Below, piece after piece: positions 9,631-18,871 of a stretch of 64,000 bases of DNA. The stretch covers positions 27,284 to 91,283 of the forward strand of contig CAZDQS010000002.1 in NCBI GenBank assembly GCA_964507855.1. Direction: 5' to 3'. Position 1 is the first letter of the stretch, and each line of letters begins with the position of its first letter. Origin of the DNA: an uncultured Candidatus Saccharibacteria bacterium (GTDB lineage: Bacteria; Patescibacteriota; Saccharimonadia; Saccharimonadales; CAZDQS01). The notes under the pieces were generated by a model that was not told the DNA's origin, made no database searches, and saw only the letters and a program-made list of their open reading frames with translations. Both the position numbers and the translations under genes were made by a program.

Positions 9631-9755
9631 AGTGTCTTATATGTAATCTCGTTAAGAAAATATGGGGGGGAACGTATTTCGTATTAAGTATACCGTATAA
9701 CGGTGGCCTATCTGTCGATACCGTACTACGCTATACGTTATACGGCATACGAAAG

Positions 9756-10004
9756 CTAGGCGACGGCTGGAGCCAGTTTCGCGAGGTTGTATCCGACGAT
9801 AACTTCTTTACTGTCGTCTTCTTTCGTAACGACCGTCACAGGCACGGTCAGCGCACCACTCAACTCCAGCGCTTCAGCTTGACGCTCTGGGTTCTGGTCA
9901 AGGTTGACCTCTTCGTATGACAATCCTTTGCTGCCAAGCCACTTCTTAACCATCACGCAGTAGGCGCAGGTATTCGTGGTAAAGATAGTGATGTTTTTGG
10001 CCAT
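9756..10004 (-). CDS. Glutaredoxin-like (NrdH/YruB-type) small redox protein
   Basis: 82 aa. N-terminal ITIFTTNTCAYCVMVKKWL has a CxxC in the thioredoxin-fold position. Confidence 0.75.
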   Translation of the reverse strand: MAKNITIFTTNTCAYCVMVKKWLGSKGLSYEEVNLDQNPERQAEALELSGALTVPVTVVTKEDDSKEVIVGYNLAKLAPAVA

Positions 10005-10103
10005 GGAATTGTCCCCTTTTCTTTTATATTTGCTTGCTTAAATTATTATATATAGCGCCTAAGCTTATTTCAACACGCTATATGTTGTGCTTTTAGCATT
10101 TTT

Positions 10104-10658
10104 CTACTCGTCAATGCTAACGAGCTCGATGTCAAAGACCAGCGGTTCGTTCGGCCCGATCGACGGCGGACTGCCGGCTTCGCCGTAAGCCATGTCAGCA
10201 GGAATAATCAAACGCCGTTTGCCGCCAACCTTCATGCCTGGCACGCCCTCAGTCCAACCTTTAATTACACCGTCCAATGAAAACTGGATTGGTTGACCCA
10301 TATCGTGCGAGCTCTGGAAGATAGTCCCATCCTTAGCGAGCGCACCGGTGTAATGGGCAGTAATGGTCGCACCCGGCTTTACCTCAGGGCCCTCACCTAC
10401 CACTGTGTCGACAGCCTGAAGTTCACCCACCTCGGTAAGCGGTTCGAAGTTTTCTAATTTTGTTCCCTCTAGCATGTCTCCCCCTTCATCGGTTTGCTGC
10501 TCATTAATTGCTGCTTGGTCAGATAGATCTATCGTTGTGCTATCTTCCTTGCCATCTTGATACATTTGCCACAAAGCAAAGCCGGTAAAGCTGAGCGATG
10601 ACAGCACAAACAGTAGTAAAGTCACTAAAATAGCCGTGCGTTGCGCAGGTGACGCCAT
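10104..10658 (-). CDS. FKBP-type peptidyl-prolyl cis-trans isomerase, membrane-anchored
   Basis: N-terminal TM helix followed by AHYTGALAKDGTIFQSSHD...GVIKGWTEGVPGMKVGGKRRLIIP...LVFDIELV. Confidence 0.85.
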   Translation of the reverse strand: MASPAQRTAILVTLLLFVLSSLSFTGFALWQMYQDGKEDSTTIDLSDQAAINEQQTDEGGDMLEGTKLENFEPLTEVGELQAVDTVVGEGPEVKPGATITAHYTGALAKDGTIFQSSHDMGQPIQFSLDGVIKGWTEGVPGMKVGGKRRLIIPADMAYGEAGSPPSIGPNEPLVFDIELVSIDE

Positions 10659-10694
10659 AATTTCTCCCTCTCTTCTTGCCTAAACCAGTATACC

Positions 10695-11153
10695 TTATCT
10701 TAGCTGGTCGAGCGCAAGTGTTTTTATGTCTTTGGAAAAGCCGTTTTTAAGATCCTCGAGCAATTGTTCTTGAATCGGTTTCCATACGGTAAACGGCAGT
10801 TCGGAGAGCGCCTCGAGTGGCTGCCAGCCAGGCTGAAAAAGGTTTTTGCCACCTGCATGGGCTTTGGCTTCTTCGGAATCTTCGGCTAGCCGCGGCTCGC
10901 CGCTTTTGTACGAACAAAGAAAAATATAATGCTTACAACCATCTGGTGTTTGCATTTCATACAGCTGCCGCTCGACCCCTACCACCACACTCATTTCCTC
11001 AAGAATCTCCCGTACAACAGTCTCTTCCGGCTTTTCGCCGGCTTCGATGCCGCCGCCAGGGATAGAGAAATAATGCATACCATCCCGCCAGCGCTCCATA
11101 AGCAGAATCTTGCCATCGTGGATGACGATTCCTCGGGCAGTATTACGCTGCAA
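10695..11153 (-). CDS. NUDIX hydrolase
   Basis: Nudix box GGGIEAGEKPEETVVREILEEMSV. Confidence 0.85.
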   Translation of the reverse strand: MQRNTARGIVIHDGKILLMERWRDGMHYFSIPGGGIEAGEKPEETVVREILEEMSVVVGVERQLYEMQTPDGCKHYIFLCSYKSGEPRLAEDSEEAKAHAGGKNLFQPGWQPLEALSELPFTVWKPIQEQLLEDLKNGFSKDIKTLALDQLR

Positions 11154-12921
11154 TCTCGAACTCCTTCAACTTCTTCTGGCTTGCATCGGTCTGACCGCGC
11201 TGCAGCTTGAGCAGCTGGGCGTAGATACCGCCACTTTTTGCCAGCTTCCGCGGACTGCCGATCTCGTCCACCGTGCCACCGCGGATAGTGATAATCTGGT
11301 CTACGTTCTGGATGGTACTGAGGCGATGGGCAATGATGATAGTCGTCCGCCCCTTCATCAGCCGCTCCAGCGCCTCCTGCACCATCGCCTCGCTCTTGCT
11401 GTCCAGGCTGCTGGTGGCTTCGTCCAGTATGAGAATAGGCGCGTCCTTGAGCAGCGCCCGCGCAATCGCAATCCGCTGCTTCTGGCCGCCACTTAGCTTG
11501 AGTCCCCGCTCACCAATCTCCGTATCGTAACCCTTTTCAAACTTCTCAATAAACTCATGTGCATTGGCTGCTTTGGCCGCCGCAATAATCTCGTCCTCGC
11601 TCGCCTTCGGGTTAGCATAGCTGATATTCTCGCGGATAGTGCCGCTGAACAGTGCCGGCTCCTGGAAAACCACGCCAATCGCCTCTCTCAGCGACTGCTG
11701 TGTCACATCGTTGATATTCTGTCCGTCAATGAGAATCTGGCCTTCCTGCGGCTCATAGAGGCGCATGAGCAGGTTGGTGATGGTTGTCTTGCCCTCGCCG
11801 CTTTCGCCCACCAGCGCCACTTTTGTATCCGGAGTGATGACGAAGCTGATATCGTTAAGTACTCTCTTGCGGTCGTAGCTGAACGACACGCTATCATAGA
11901 CTATCTCGCCTTTTGTTACCTTCAGCGGCGCCGCATCTTTCGCATCAGCAATCTCAGGCTTCACATCCATAACTTCGAAATAATCTTTACTATCGGCTAT
12001 CGCCCGCTGCGTACGGTCAATCAAAAAACTGATACTGAATATCGGCAGACGGATAAGCGCCGCGTACTGGATGAGCAGCACCATCTCACCGATGGTATAA
12101 ACACCGCGCGCCGTCTCCACGAACACATAAGCAAACACCGCCAGGAAGATAACATTCAGCACCAACCGCCGCGCAATATCCTGTTTGTGCCAGAACCGGC
12201 TCTGCGGCCGCGTCGTGCGGACAGCCTTGTCCATGTGCTGGTTAAAGAACTTCAGCTCGCGCGCTTCCTGGATGAAACTCTTGACCACCTTGACCTGGCC
12301 CACGCTCTCCGCGAACCGGCCGCTGGCAATATCCAGCTCCTCATTGATGGTCTTCTGATAGCCCTGCCACTTCTTGCTCGTACGGCTCGTCATCCACATG
12401 AATATCGGATACAGCACGCCCAGCATGAGCGCCACTTGCCAGGAATAAATCGCCACAATCACTAGGGAAAAAACCGTGCTGAAGATAAACTGCAGAAAGT
12501 TATTGCTCATCATCTGCATGAAGTCGCCGATCTGCTGAATACCGCGGCTCATGCGGTTGATAATTTTGCCAGAAAGCTCAGTGTCAAAGTAAGCCTGAGG
12601 CAGGCTCAAAAGATGCTGATAATATCGCTCGCTCAGGAGTCGCTTGAGCTTAATCATCAACAAATCACCCAAATACCCGCCGATATTACTAAAAAGCGTC
12701 TGCCCTGCATCAGTAAGGAATATCAGCACGGCAAAGAGCGCAACCAGCCGGACGTTCGCCTCGCCCCCGCCGACCAGCTTGGTGATTTCATCAACCGCGC
12801 CTTTGGTAAGCAGCGGCTGCAGCTGGCTCATTGCCGCCAGAATAATCGTAAAGAAAGATATCGCGGCATAGTACCGCCACAAACTCCCAGAAAACCGGAT
12901 AATCCGCCAAATATGTTTCAT
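11143..12921 (-). CDS. ABC transporter, fused permease/ATPase (MsbA-like exporter)
   Basis: 592 aa with a 6-TM N-terminal half, Walker A GESGEGKTT, signature LSGGQKQR, and Walker B ILILDEATS. Confidence 0.9.
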   Translation of the reverse strand: MKHIWRIIRFSGSLWRYYAAISFFTIILAAMSQLQPLLTKGAVDEITKLVGGGEANVRLVALFAVLIFLTDAGQTLFSNIGGYLGDLLMIKLKRLLSERYYQHLLSLPQAYFDTELSGKIINRMSRGIQQIGDFMQMMSNNFLQFIFSTVFSLVIVAIYSWQVALMLGVLYPIFMWMTSRTSKKWQGYQKTINEELDIASGRFAESVGQVKVVKSFIQEARELKFFNQHMDKAVRTTRPQSRFWHKQDIARRLVLNVIFLAVFAYVFVETARGVYTIGEMVLLIQYAALIRLPIFSISFLIDRTQRAIADSKDYFEVMDVKPEIADAKDAAPLKVTKGEIVYDSVSFSYDRKRVLNDISFVITPDTKVALVGESGEGKTTITNLLMRLYEPQEGQILIDGQNINDVTQQSLREAIGVVFQEPALFSGTIRENISYANPKASEDEIIAAAKAANAHEFIEKFEKGYDTEIGERGLKLSGGQKQRIAIARALLKDAPILILDEATSSLDSKSEAMVQEALERLMKGRTTIIIAHRLSTIQNVDQIITIRGGTVDEIGSPRKLAKSGGIYAQLLKLQRGQTDASQKKLKEFEIAA

Positions 12922-12963
12922 TCGTCCTCTAGCTTAATACGTTACCGCCACCAGCCGCAAATC

Positions 12964-13647
12964 CTAAGCTGCTTCCTGATGAGTGAATGCATATGTATCG
13001 GCAGTATTGTCGATTACGTTAACGTTCGCTCTGAACATCTCAAGCGGAGTTCGAGCTAAAAGTGCAATGTCTCCGCCAAGCGAAGCCCGCTCAAAGTAAT
13101 CAATATCCTGTCGCATTGACTCTCGATACAGCTCGGGCAACTTTCCATGCAGATAGTTGTGTCGCAAGATTTGACCTGGCCCGACCAGCCCTGGCCTGAC
13201 CGCCTTATAATAGTAGTACCAATCAACAAAAAGCTTCGGATCGGCATCCGCCATAAATTCCAGGTCCTGTGGAACAAGAGGCCGCGGCCCGACCAGTGAC
13301 ATGTCACCCTTGATGATATTCACAAGCTGCGGTATTTCATCTATTCCAGTTTGTCGAATGAGCCGCCCAATTTTACTTGCCCGTGGGTCAAAAGCACCAA
13401 ACGTCCTTATTGCTTCAGTGGTCTTATCCTTAGCAAGCGTCCTGAACTTAATGATTTCAAATAGTTTACCACCGACCCCAACCCGTTGTTGGCGGAAAAA
13501 TGGATGGTAACTTCTGGTGTCCGCCATAGATATTGCGCCCGTCAAAGCCATAGCCGGCAATAAAGCGCCAGCAATCGCAATGCCACCCACTACATCAAGT
13601 CGGCGTTTTGAATCACTTAATAGATACTCTAGGCCACGTTCAGTCAT
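12964..13647 (-). CDS. Polyprenyl-phosphate sugar-phosphate transferase (bacterial sugar transferase family)
   Basis: KFRTL...KIGRLIRQTGIDEIPQLVNIIKGDMSLVGPRPL matches the WbaP/WcaJ-type C-terminal catalytic domain. Confidence 0.85.
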   Translation of the reverse strand: MTERGLEYLLSDSKRRLDVVGGIAIAGALLPAMALTGAISMADTRSYHPFFRQQRVGVGGKLFEIIKFRTLAKDKTTEAIRTFGAFDPRASKIGRLIRQTGIDEIPQLVNIIKGDMSLVGPRPLVPQDLEFMADADPKLFVDWYYYYKAVRPGLVGPGQILRHNYLHGKLPELYRESMRQDIDYFERASLGGDIALLARTPLEMFRANVNVIDNTADTYAFTHQEAA

Positions 13648-13913
13648 CGAAAATACGTAATATAATTAAACGTAATTTTACGCTAGCGCTTTAGAAATTT
13701 CAATGGTCTAATATACTTCAGAGATAGGCTACACTGGTTTGCTTTTTTATATTTTTGTGGTATTATATAAAGATGATTCATAGAGATCCTGGTGAGCACC
13801 AGGAACTATCAGCTCGATCGGTGGCTGCCGCTTGCGGCATGCTCATTAGCAGCCGTGTTTTGCGCGCGCTCGCCGAACGCGTGGATCCGCCGGAACTGAG
13901 CCGCGGCTAAACG

Positions 13914-16433
13914 CTACAATCGCTCGGCGTTGAATTTTTTATGGGCTGGCGCTGCCGCCGTGTCCAGCATGGCGTTGACTTCTTCGGCTTTCATCGTGCG
14001 TTGGTAGGAGGCAATGGTGAGGCGAAGGGTGATGTTTTTATGTGCCTCGTCATCCTCGCGCTGATAAATATCTATTGGGGTCAATGAGAAACGCATTTCT
14101 TCTTCTGCCTGAGCATCGACTAGCTTCCGGATTTCCTGCTCTACCAGACCAGCGAGGTCACCGTAAGCCACATCGACCGGTACCTTCAGGCTGATATCCT
14201 GCTCAACTTTCGGAAAGCGCGGAATCGGCACATACTTTTCAGCAGTATTCTTCTCAAGCGCCTCAAGCACATGTGTCGTCCCAATCTCGAATGCCGCTAC
14301 TATTGCTGGTAGCTTGAGATTACGTCGGGCGGAAGCTGTGATTTCACCAACAATACCGACAAAAACCCCTGTGTTCGCTTCAGTAACATAGGCAGACCGG
14401 GCCAGATCAAAAGGCTTTGTCACGGCAAACTGCGGGCTGTCAGTAATAGGAGCGTAGGTAAACCGTAAGCCCAAGCCCTTAGCCAGCCAATCCAGGTAGC
14501 TCTTTGCTTGATAGTATGCAACGCCTGACGGCTGGGCTTTGGCATCCTTTGCAGCATATACCAGTGACACCATCTCGATTTCTTCAGGTACGCCTTCATC
14601 CGTCTTCGTCATTGACTTGTTGTGTGTCTTGCCGATTTCAAATATTGCGAATTTGTCGTAACCACCCTTGATATTTGGGTGCACTTTCTCGAGCAAACTC
14701 GGCGTTAATGTCAGTCGGTAGTACTGCAAGTCCGGACTGATGGCATTGCTTAGGCGGAACGCCTGGCCAAGGTCCTGCCCAACTTTCTCGAGCAAGTTAC
14801 CGTGCACGAAGCTATAGGTCAGCACTTCATTGGCGCCGGCCCTGCTCATCACATCCCGGATCTTGCTCTTGAGCGTCATCAGCATGTCTTTTGGCGCCGG
14901 AGTCAGGTCGCGCTTGGGCAACTCAAGCGGGAGATGGTCATAGCCATACAGCCGTCCGACTTCCTCGACAACATCTTCCGGAATCTCGATATCCGTGCGC
15001 CAAAACGGCACTTTGACCGTCAGTTCATCATTATCAGCTTCGACGTCAAATTCAACGTTCTCAAGTAACTTTTTCATCTCGGTGGCGCTGAGACTCAAGC
15101 CAAGCCGCTCATTGATAAACGACACACCCACCCGCACGCTCGCCTGCTGCTTCTTGGTATGATCATTATCCTGCACCACACCAGCTATGTGACCACCGGC
15201 GAGCCGCTCGATATCCTCTATCATGCGAGCCAGCACACGGTCGCTCTGGTATGGCGACTGGCCCTTGTTAAACCGCGTCACAGCGTCGGTGAACAAGCCG
15301 TGCTCCATGCTGGTGCGCCGAATAGAATACATATCGAAGTTCGCTACTTCTATCACGATGCGCCGGGTATTCTCATCCACCTCGGTATCCGCACCGCCCA
15401 TGACGCCACCAACACCAATCACGCGCTTGGCGCTGGCAATCATAATCGCATCGTCACGCGGCTCGATTTCCTTATCGTTCAGGAGGCGGAGCTTCTCGCC
15501 TTTCTTGGGCTTACGGACAGTAATAACCGCCCGGTCGGACTTGTCGAGCTTGAGCAGCTTGTCGTAATCATAGGCGTGCGTCGGCTGGCCGGTCAGATAC
15601 ATGTAGTAGTTGGTCAGATCGACAATAAGATTGATTGGCCTCAGTCCCACCCGGCTCAGGTACGTCTGCAGCCACAGCGGGCTTGGGCCATTATGCGCAA
15701 TCTTCATTGGCGCAGCCATAAAGCGCGGCACAAGTTCGGGCAGCTCGTTTTTCACCTCGACCACCATATCACCGCCACCATCGGCAAAGTTCGGCCGCTC
15801 CAGATACCACTCAGGCGACGTGAACTGTTGGTGCGTAATACCGGCAATCTCGCGGGCAACGCCGAGGATACCAAAGCAATCCGGCCGGTGTGTGAACATC
15901 TTGTTCTCAACGTCGATAATGGTGTCGCGCAGTTTGTAGACTTCAGCAAAGTCATCACCAGGCTTGGCGATCTTCTCATCAAGCTCAACAATGCCGGAAT
16001 GGTCGTCACTAATGCCCAGCTCGCTGGCACTGGCCAGCATGCCATTGCTCATCTTGCCCCGCAGCTCGCGCGCTTCGAGCACGAACGGCTCTTTGTCGTG
16101 GCTTGCCGGCACTGTCGCGCCTGGCGGCAACCACGCTACCAACATACCTGCCTTAACGTTCGGCGCGCCGCATACCACTTGGACATACCCACTACTAGTG
16201 CGCTCCACGCCCTTCACTTTACCGCCGTCGTCAATGAGACATAGCGAAAGCTTGTCAGCGTTCGGGTGCTTCTCGCACTGCACCACTTTGGCGACCACAA
16301 CGCCCTGGTACTTTTCACTAAGATCAATGACTTCCTCGACCGCCCCCAGTTGCGCCCCAATCTTCTCAACCAGCTCTTGGACAGGCAGCTTAACGTCAGT
16401 AAATTCCTTAACCCAGTTCAGACTAATTTTCAT
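13914..16433 (-). CDS. pheT: Phenylalanine--tRNA ligase beta subunit
   Basis: 839 aa. N-terminal MKISLNWVKEF tRNA-binding domain, then B3/4, B5 and FDX-ACB regions. 4-nt overlap with pheS. Confidence 0.92.
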   Translation of the reverse strand: MKISLNWVKEFTDVKLPVQELVEKIGAQLGAVEEVIDLSEKYQGVVVAKVVQCEKHPNADKLSLCLIDDGGKVKGVERTSSGYVQVVCGAPNVKAGMLVAWLPPGATVPASHDKEPFVLEARELRGKMSNGMLASASELGISDDHSGIVELDEKIAKPGDDFAEVYKLRDTIIDVENKMFTHRPDCFGILGVAREIAGITHQQFTSPEWYLERPNFADGGGDMVVEVKNELPELVPRFMAAPMKIAHNGPSPLWLQTYLSRVGLRPINLIVDLTNYYMYLTGQPTHAYDYDKLLKLDKSDRAVITVRKPKKGEKLRLLNDKEIEPRDDAIMIASAKRVIGVGGVMGGADTEVDENTRRIVIEVANFDMYSIRRTSMEHGLFTDAVTRFNKGQSPYQSDRVLARMIEDIERLAGGHIAGVVQDNDHTKKQQASVRVGVSFINERLGLSLSATEMKKLLENVEFDVEADNDELTVKVPFWRTDIEIPEDVVEEVGRLYGYDHLPLELPKRDLTPAPKDMLMTLKSKIRDVMSRAGANEVLTYSFVHGNLLEKVGQDLGQAFRLSNAISPDLQYYRLTLTPSLLEKVHPNIKGGYDKFAIFEIGKTHNKSMTKTDEGVPEEIEMVSLVYAAKDAKAQPSGVAYYQAKSYLDWLAKGLGLRFTYAPITDSPQFAVTKPFDLARSAYVTEANTGVFVGIVGEITASARRNLKLPAIVAAFEIGTTHVLEALEKNTAEKYVPIPRFPKVEQDISLKVPVDVAYGDLAGLVEQEIRKLVDAQAEEEMRFSLTPIDIYQREDDEAHKNITLRLTIASYQRTMKAEEVNAMLDTAAAPAHKKFNAERL

Positions 16434-17467
16434 TTGAATTGCCTCAAGAATTCTAGTTTGCCGGATTCAAAGTGGCGGATGTCCTCGATGCCGTACTTCA
16501 TCATGACCAGCCGTTCAATACCGCCGCCCCAGGCGAAACCGGTGTACTCTTCCGGATTGATCCCCGCCATTTTTAGCACATTTGGGTGGATCATGCCGCA
16601 GCCGAGCAGCTCAATCCAACCGGAGTAGCTACAGACATTACAGCCCTGCTTGTCGCAGAACGGGCAGGACAGCGCAAACTCAAAGCTCGGTTCAGTAAAC
16701 GGAAAGTAAAACGGCTGGGTTTTGACATCCAAGTCCTTCTGATAATACGCCTCCAGGAATGTCTTGAGCGTGGCAATCAGCATGCCGGCATGCACGCCCT
16801 TGTCCACATAAATACCCTCCAGCTGATAAAAGGTGTGCTCGTGCCGGGCGTCGAGGTCCTCGTTACGGAACACGCGGCCGGGGATGACTGCAGCAATTGG
16901 CTTGCCTTGCTTGAGATTGCTCTTCAATGCCTTCAAGACACGGTTTTGCATCGTGCTGGTGTGCGCCGGCGCTATGAGACCCTCGGTCGTCATAAACGTG
17001 TCATAGTCGTCGCGGGCAGGGTGACCTTCAGGGAAGTTCAGGCTAGTGAACATGTGATAATCGTCATCAATCTGGCGGGACTCAACGGCCGTGAAACCCA
17101 TCCGAGCAAAGATATCCAAGACTTGCTCGAGCTCGCTCATGAGCGGGTGCTTACTGCCCTGAGCCGCATCCAAGTGACGCGGGCGCTTATCGGCAGGTGT
17201 GTTGGCATCAAACGGCGCCGTGACATCAATCGGCGGCAAGGCCTCGGCCTGCTCTTTATGCTCGGCGATCAAACGCTCCAGGTCGGCCTTCAATTCATTA
17301 ATTTCTTTGCCGAACCCCGCCCGTTCCTCTGGCGCAAGCAGCGGTATTTCTGCATAGAGTGCCCTCAGCTCCGGCGCGCGCAAAATAGCCGCCTTGTCAT
17401 CCAGGCCGCCAAGCCGTTTTTTCAGCACCTCGGCAACATCAGCAATCTTCTTGTTTTGATATACCAT
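16430..17467 (-). CDS. pheS: Phenylalanine--tRNA ligase alpha subunit
   Basis: 345 aa with class II motifs: HPARDDYDTF, FRNEDLDARHEHTFYQLEG, GFAWGGGIERLVM. Confidence 0.92.
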   Translation of the reverse strand: MVYQNKKIADVAEVLKKRLGGLDDKAAILRAPELRALYAEIPLLAPEERAGFGKEINELKADLERLIAEHKEQAEALPPIDVTAPFDANTPADKRPRHLDAAQGSKHPLMSELEQVLDIFARMGFTAVESRQIDDDYHMFTSLNFPEGHPARDDYDTFMTTEGLIAPAHTSTMQNRVLKALKSNLKQGKPIAAVIPGRVFRNEDLDARHEHTFYQLEGIYVDKGVHAGMLIATLKTFLEAYYQKDLDVKTQPFYFPFTEPSFEFALSCPFCDKQGCNVCSYSGWIELLGCGMIHPNVLKMAGINPEEYTGFAWGGGIERLVMMKYGIEDIRHFESGKLEFLRQFK

Positions 17468-17567
17468 AGTTAGTAGCAGTATATCATCTGTTACGCACGC
17501 TGTGCACGTACTTCCAGCAGCATAATGCGCGGTATTCGTAGCTTAAGAACCTAGCGGTCTTAGTTGA

Positions 17568-18257
17568 TTACTGCGGAACACCGACAAGTGTCTTAACCAC
17601 TGGCCGCAGTTTTGCGCGTATGGCATCAGGGGTGTGCCGAACATATACCTTACGAGCCCTAAAGAACAGCCCGGGACGCTTCAGAGAAGCCAGCTGCCTG
17701 AACGGCTCGTAATATTGGTCAGGCAACGGATTCTCCTCCTGGCTTACAATGGAGTTTTGCAAAGCACGCCGCGTGCGAATATCCTTCGCACGTATGAGAC
17801 CGCTCAGCCCATAAGCCGCTACTTGCGTTTGAGGACGCACAGTAAGACAAGGAATGCCAAAAACAGTTGTCCCCTCTAGGGGCTCCATTACGGCTTCATG
17901 AACCGGCTCGAAGAAGTGATACTTCTGCGATGACAAGTACCACTGATCTCCTTCCCTCCGAAGCCGCGCTTCGTCAGAGTTCCAGACTTCACCATCAGCA
18001 TAATAAGGATCTCTCCCTCCAACACCTTCTGCATCAGATATCACATCGATGTCGCGCGCCAATCCCCCCTTTGCCCTCAGTGGCTGCTCACGCCGCAAGT
18101 CGTACTCAAACATGGTGTTATTCAAATATTTGTGATATAGCGCAGCCCTTCCAAGTGACCCAACAAGTAACGTATTGGGGTCGCTCAAATATAGCCCTTC
18201 AATCTGTCCTGCCAGGGCTTCAGGAGTGTGTATGCCTCTTTCGAATGGCACATTCAT
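17568..18257 (-). CDS. Hypothetical protein, possible nucleotidyltransferase-fold
   Basis: LLVGSLGRAALY ... ARDIDVIS resembles the G-S ... D-x-D pattern of NTase-fold enzymes, but the spacing is long. ATG at 18257; the track GTG is at 18278. Confidence 0.45.
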   Translation of the reverse strand: MNVPFERGIHTPEALAGQIEGLYLSDPNTLLVGSLGRAALYHKYLNNTMFEYDLRREQPLRAKGGLARDIDVISDAEGVGGRDPYYADGEVWNSDEARLRREGDQWYLSSQKYHFFEPVHEAVMEPLEGTTVFGIPCLTVRPQTQVAAYGLSGLIRAKDIRTRRALQNSIVSQEENPLPDQYYEPFRQLASLKRPGLFFRARKVYVRHTPDAIRAKLRPVVKTLVGVPQ

Positions 18258-18327
18258 GATGCTTAAATTACATAACACTAATTTACGTTTGTCAATTTAC
18301 TTCTTCTTCTCGTGTTACAATACAGCT

Positions 18328-18825
18328 ATGGGGAGCTTTTCATTTGACATAGTCAGCGAATACGACAAAGCGGAGATGAATAACGTCTTCGACCAGGTGC
18401 AACGCGAACTTGCGAACCGGTATGATTTCAAGGGCACACCCGCCGCAGTCGAGTGGCTCAATGCTGACAAGACGGGTCTCAAAGTCACCGGCAATGGCGA
18501 CTGGCAAATTGACGCAATACTCGACATTGTGCGTAAGAAGCTCGCCGCCCGGAACCAAAGCCAAAAGGTGCTCGACACCACGAAAGAACCAGTTACAAGC
18601 AATCTTAAGACCACCAAAGAAGTCCCATTCAAGCAAGGTCTCGACCAGGAAAAAGCCAAGAAAATCACCAGCCTCATCCGCGACAAATCACCGAAGGTCA
18701 AGACACAAATCCAAGGCGATGCTGTGCGGGTCATGAGCAGCAGTAAGGACGACCTCCAGGCCGTCATGCAATTGCTCCGCACCCAGGACTTCGACTTTCC
18801 TCTCAGCTTTACGAACTACCGCTAA
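18328..18825 (+). CDS. yajQ: YajQ-family nucleotide-binding protein (UPF0234)
   Basis: MGSFSFDIVSEYDKAEMNNVFDQVQRELANRYDFKG is the characteristic YajQ N-terminus. About 165 aa from the ATG at 18328. Confidence 0.85.
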   Translation: MGSFSFDIVSEYDKAEMNNVFDQVQRELANRYDFKGTPAAVEWLNADKTGLKVTGNGDWQIDAILDIVRKKLAARNQSQKVLDTTKEPVTSNLKTTKEVPFKQGLDQEKAKKITSLIRDKSPKVKTQIQGDAVRVMSSSKDDLQAVMQLLRTQDFDFPLSFTNYR

Positions 18826-18871
18826 CACGCGATTGGCCTTAACCATAAGCGTTCGTTATACTTAAGGGCAT

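Noticed and set aside
11557-12465. 302-aa plus-strand ORF
   Set aside because: Antisense shadow of the MsbA-like ABC transporter gene.
15159-16244. 361-aa plus-strand ORF
   Set aside because: Antisense shadow of pheT, with no motifs and no SD.
16586-17473. 295-aa plus-strand ORF
   Set aside because: Antisense shadow of pheS.
17468-17567. Looked for a T-box leader upstream of pheS, and riboswitches upstream of corA, mgtC and ZIP
   Set aside because: The upstream gaps are only about 40-105 bp, too short for T-box or M-box elements, and no specifier or antiterminator-like structure was visible.
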